NCBI GenBank assembly: GCA_002772605.1
Contig: PFDS01000040.1
Coordinates: 14,862-78,861 of the forward strand
DNA from: Candidatus Peregrinibacteria bacterium CG10_big_fil_rev_8_21_14_0_10_49_16
GTDB lineage: Bacteria; Patescibacteriota; Gracilibacteria; Peribacterales; Peribacteraceae
DNA: 64,000 bases
Direction of reading: 5' to 3'
Shown: positions 62,644 through 64,000 of the stretch, one piece after another
Numbering within the stretch: the stretch's first letter is position 1
Layout: each line of letters begins with the position of its first letter
Notes under the pieces: model-generated
Databases searched by the model: none
Seen by the model: the letters and a program-made list of their open reading frames with translations, nothing else
Told to the model about the DNA's origin: nothing
Position numbers and translations under genes: made by a program

Positions 62644-64000
62644 ATGCGCCAATTCGCACTTCTCCTCGTTGGCTTCGCGCTCCTCATCCCAGAGGTACAT
62701 GCACAGACGGTCACCGTTGATGATACCATCGTAGGACTCAGTACAAGTATTCAATTGGAAGGATTCCAACCAAGAGAAGTTCTCACGCTCCATGTTCGTA
62801 GCCCTGAGGATGAAGAACTCTCCCTGCAAGGACAAACGGATGACGTAGGCAACGCGCACCTTGCGCTGCCGGGATATGCATTGGAAAAAGCAGGTGTGTA
62901 CACCATCCGCATTACACCTACAAACATACAAGCACAATTCACCGTACATCCAGAGTCTATTGATACAAAAACATCTTTTATTACCGCGGAACGTGCCACC
63001 ATTATTCCCAACGGTACAGATGAGCTCACCGTGCAAGTGACATTGTTTGACCAGTACGAAAACCCTCTTCCCACACGACCTGTGGCACTCATTTCCAATC
63101 GCACGGAAGATAGCGTGTCAGAACAAACAAAAGAGACGAACGCGAACGGAATACAGTACTTTACCGTACGCACGCAAAGAGAAGGCGTGCTGACACTACG
63201 AGCAATGGATCTCCTCAGCGGACAAATGCTCGACGACTCATTCGCCGTGCGCACGCAAAGCACTGCAGGCCCTGTTTCTTCTTCTACTACAAAAAATCCT
63301 TCCTGGAGAATTCTCACCGCCCAGGCAGGGAAGAGTTTTGATGTCATTGATCACTTTGAAATCACCGTACCGGACCAAATGCAGGTGGGTATTGCCGCAC
63401 AGTCGTTTGCTATCCGTGCAGTAGATCGCGATGGACGGTCCGTGGAAAACTACGACGGAGAAGTGGAAATTACCACAACAGATCCTGATGCGGATGTCCC
63501 CTTCAAACAGGGACCGAACAAAGGATTGTATAAATTCCAAGAAAGCGATCAGGGAGAAAGAAAATTTGCTCTTGCTCTCACATTCTACTCACCAGGAACC
63601 CACACCATCCGTGTACAGGACAAAAAACAACCAGAAACTATTTTCGGGGAAAAAGAGATCACCGTCACGGGAAAAGCAGTGAGTCCCGGGGGGAAATCCA
63701 TCCGCATCACATCCCACAAAGATGGAGATACGGTAAATTCAGCGAAAATAATGCTTGAAGGACAAGGTCCATCCTACATTGATGTGAGGATCATGGGTGG
63801 GAAAGAAGATGTGATTACAGACACCAACAATCTGGAAGGTACATTTTCCGCAGAGATTGAACTCCACGAAGATCATAGAGAATTCACAATTCGCGTACAG
63901 GATATTAACAACCCAAAAACAGAATCTGCACCTATTCACCTCTTTCTCGATAATGAGCCACCGGACATTCAAAGCATCACCTTCTCTCCGGAAAAGCCTA
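62644..64000 (+). CDS. secreted protein with bacterial Ig-like (Big_1/invasin-type) repeats, 3-prime partial at the window edge
   Basis: Not in the ORF track because there is no stop before the window end. My translation: MRQFALLLVGFALLIPEVHAQ (signal peptide), then repeats such as ITAERATIIPNGTDELTVQVTLFDQYENPLPTRPVALIS...ANGIQYFTVRT. Confidence 0.65.
   Translation, partial: MRQFALLLVGFALLIPEVHAQTVTVDDTIVGLSTSIQLEGFQPREVLTLHVRSPEDEELSLQGQTDDVGNAHLALPGYALEKAGVYTIRITPTNIQAQFTVHPESIDTKTSFITAERATIIPNGTDELTVQVTLFDQYENPLPTRPVALISNRTEDSVSEQTKETNANGIQYFTVRTQREGVLTLRAMDLLSGQMLDDSFAVRTQSTAGPVSSSTTKNPSWRILTAQAGKSFDVIDHFEITVPDQMQVGIAAQSFAIRAVDRDGRSVENYDGEVEITTTDPDADVPFKQGPNKGLYKFQESDQGERKFALALTFYSPGTHTIRVQDKKQPETIFGEKEITVTGKAVSPGGKSIRITSHKDGDTVNSAKIMLEGQGPSYIDVRIMGGKEDVITDTNNLEGTFSAEIELHEDHREFTIRVQDINNPKTESAPIHLFLDNEPPDIQSITFSPEKP

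Overview
The window is a bacterial chromosome segment of roughly 45-55% GC. Bacterial markers include CIRCE/HrcA, gyrA, dnaX, rpmE, ruvA and rsmI. The gene content looks like a small-genome, CPR/Peregrinibacteria-like organism, but that assignment is inference only. TGA is used as a stop codon, so the code is standard. I call about 70 CDS, four intact tRNAs (Gly-UCC, Val-CAC, Ala-UGC, Cys-GCA) and one degenerate tRNA-Val copy. Housekeeping genes dominate: clpC, an S1 protein, trpS, ndk, dcd, glyA, pgi, trxA, pckA and gyrA. The most interesting items are these. (1) A 70% GC three-gene island of unknown function sits between gyrA and rsmI; each gene has its own promoter, and two products share a CPxCGxYH motif. 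(2) An archaeal-type mevalonate/isoprenoid cluster ends in a DUF35 OB-fold fused to a guanylate-kinase-like domain, and no PMK or IPK is visible. (3) A GIY-YIG ORF lies between an intact tRNA-Val and a second copy that carries two hairpin insertions. (4) About 700 nt of highly structured non-coding DNA lies between convergent genes. (5) Two tandem archaeal-type purP paralogs are present. (6) CIRCE operators precede clpC and an hrcA gene that is translationally coupled to a T4SS coupling-protein-like ATPase. (7) An SPFH gene is broken at a G7 tract. (8) A dispersed REP-like repeat family occurs at gene boundaries. No rRNA, CRISPR array or transposase was seen.
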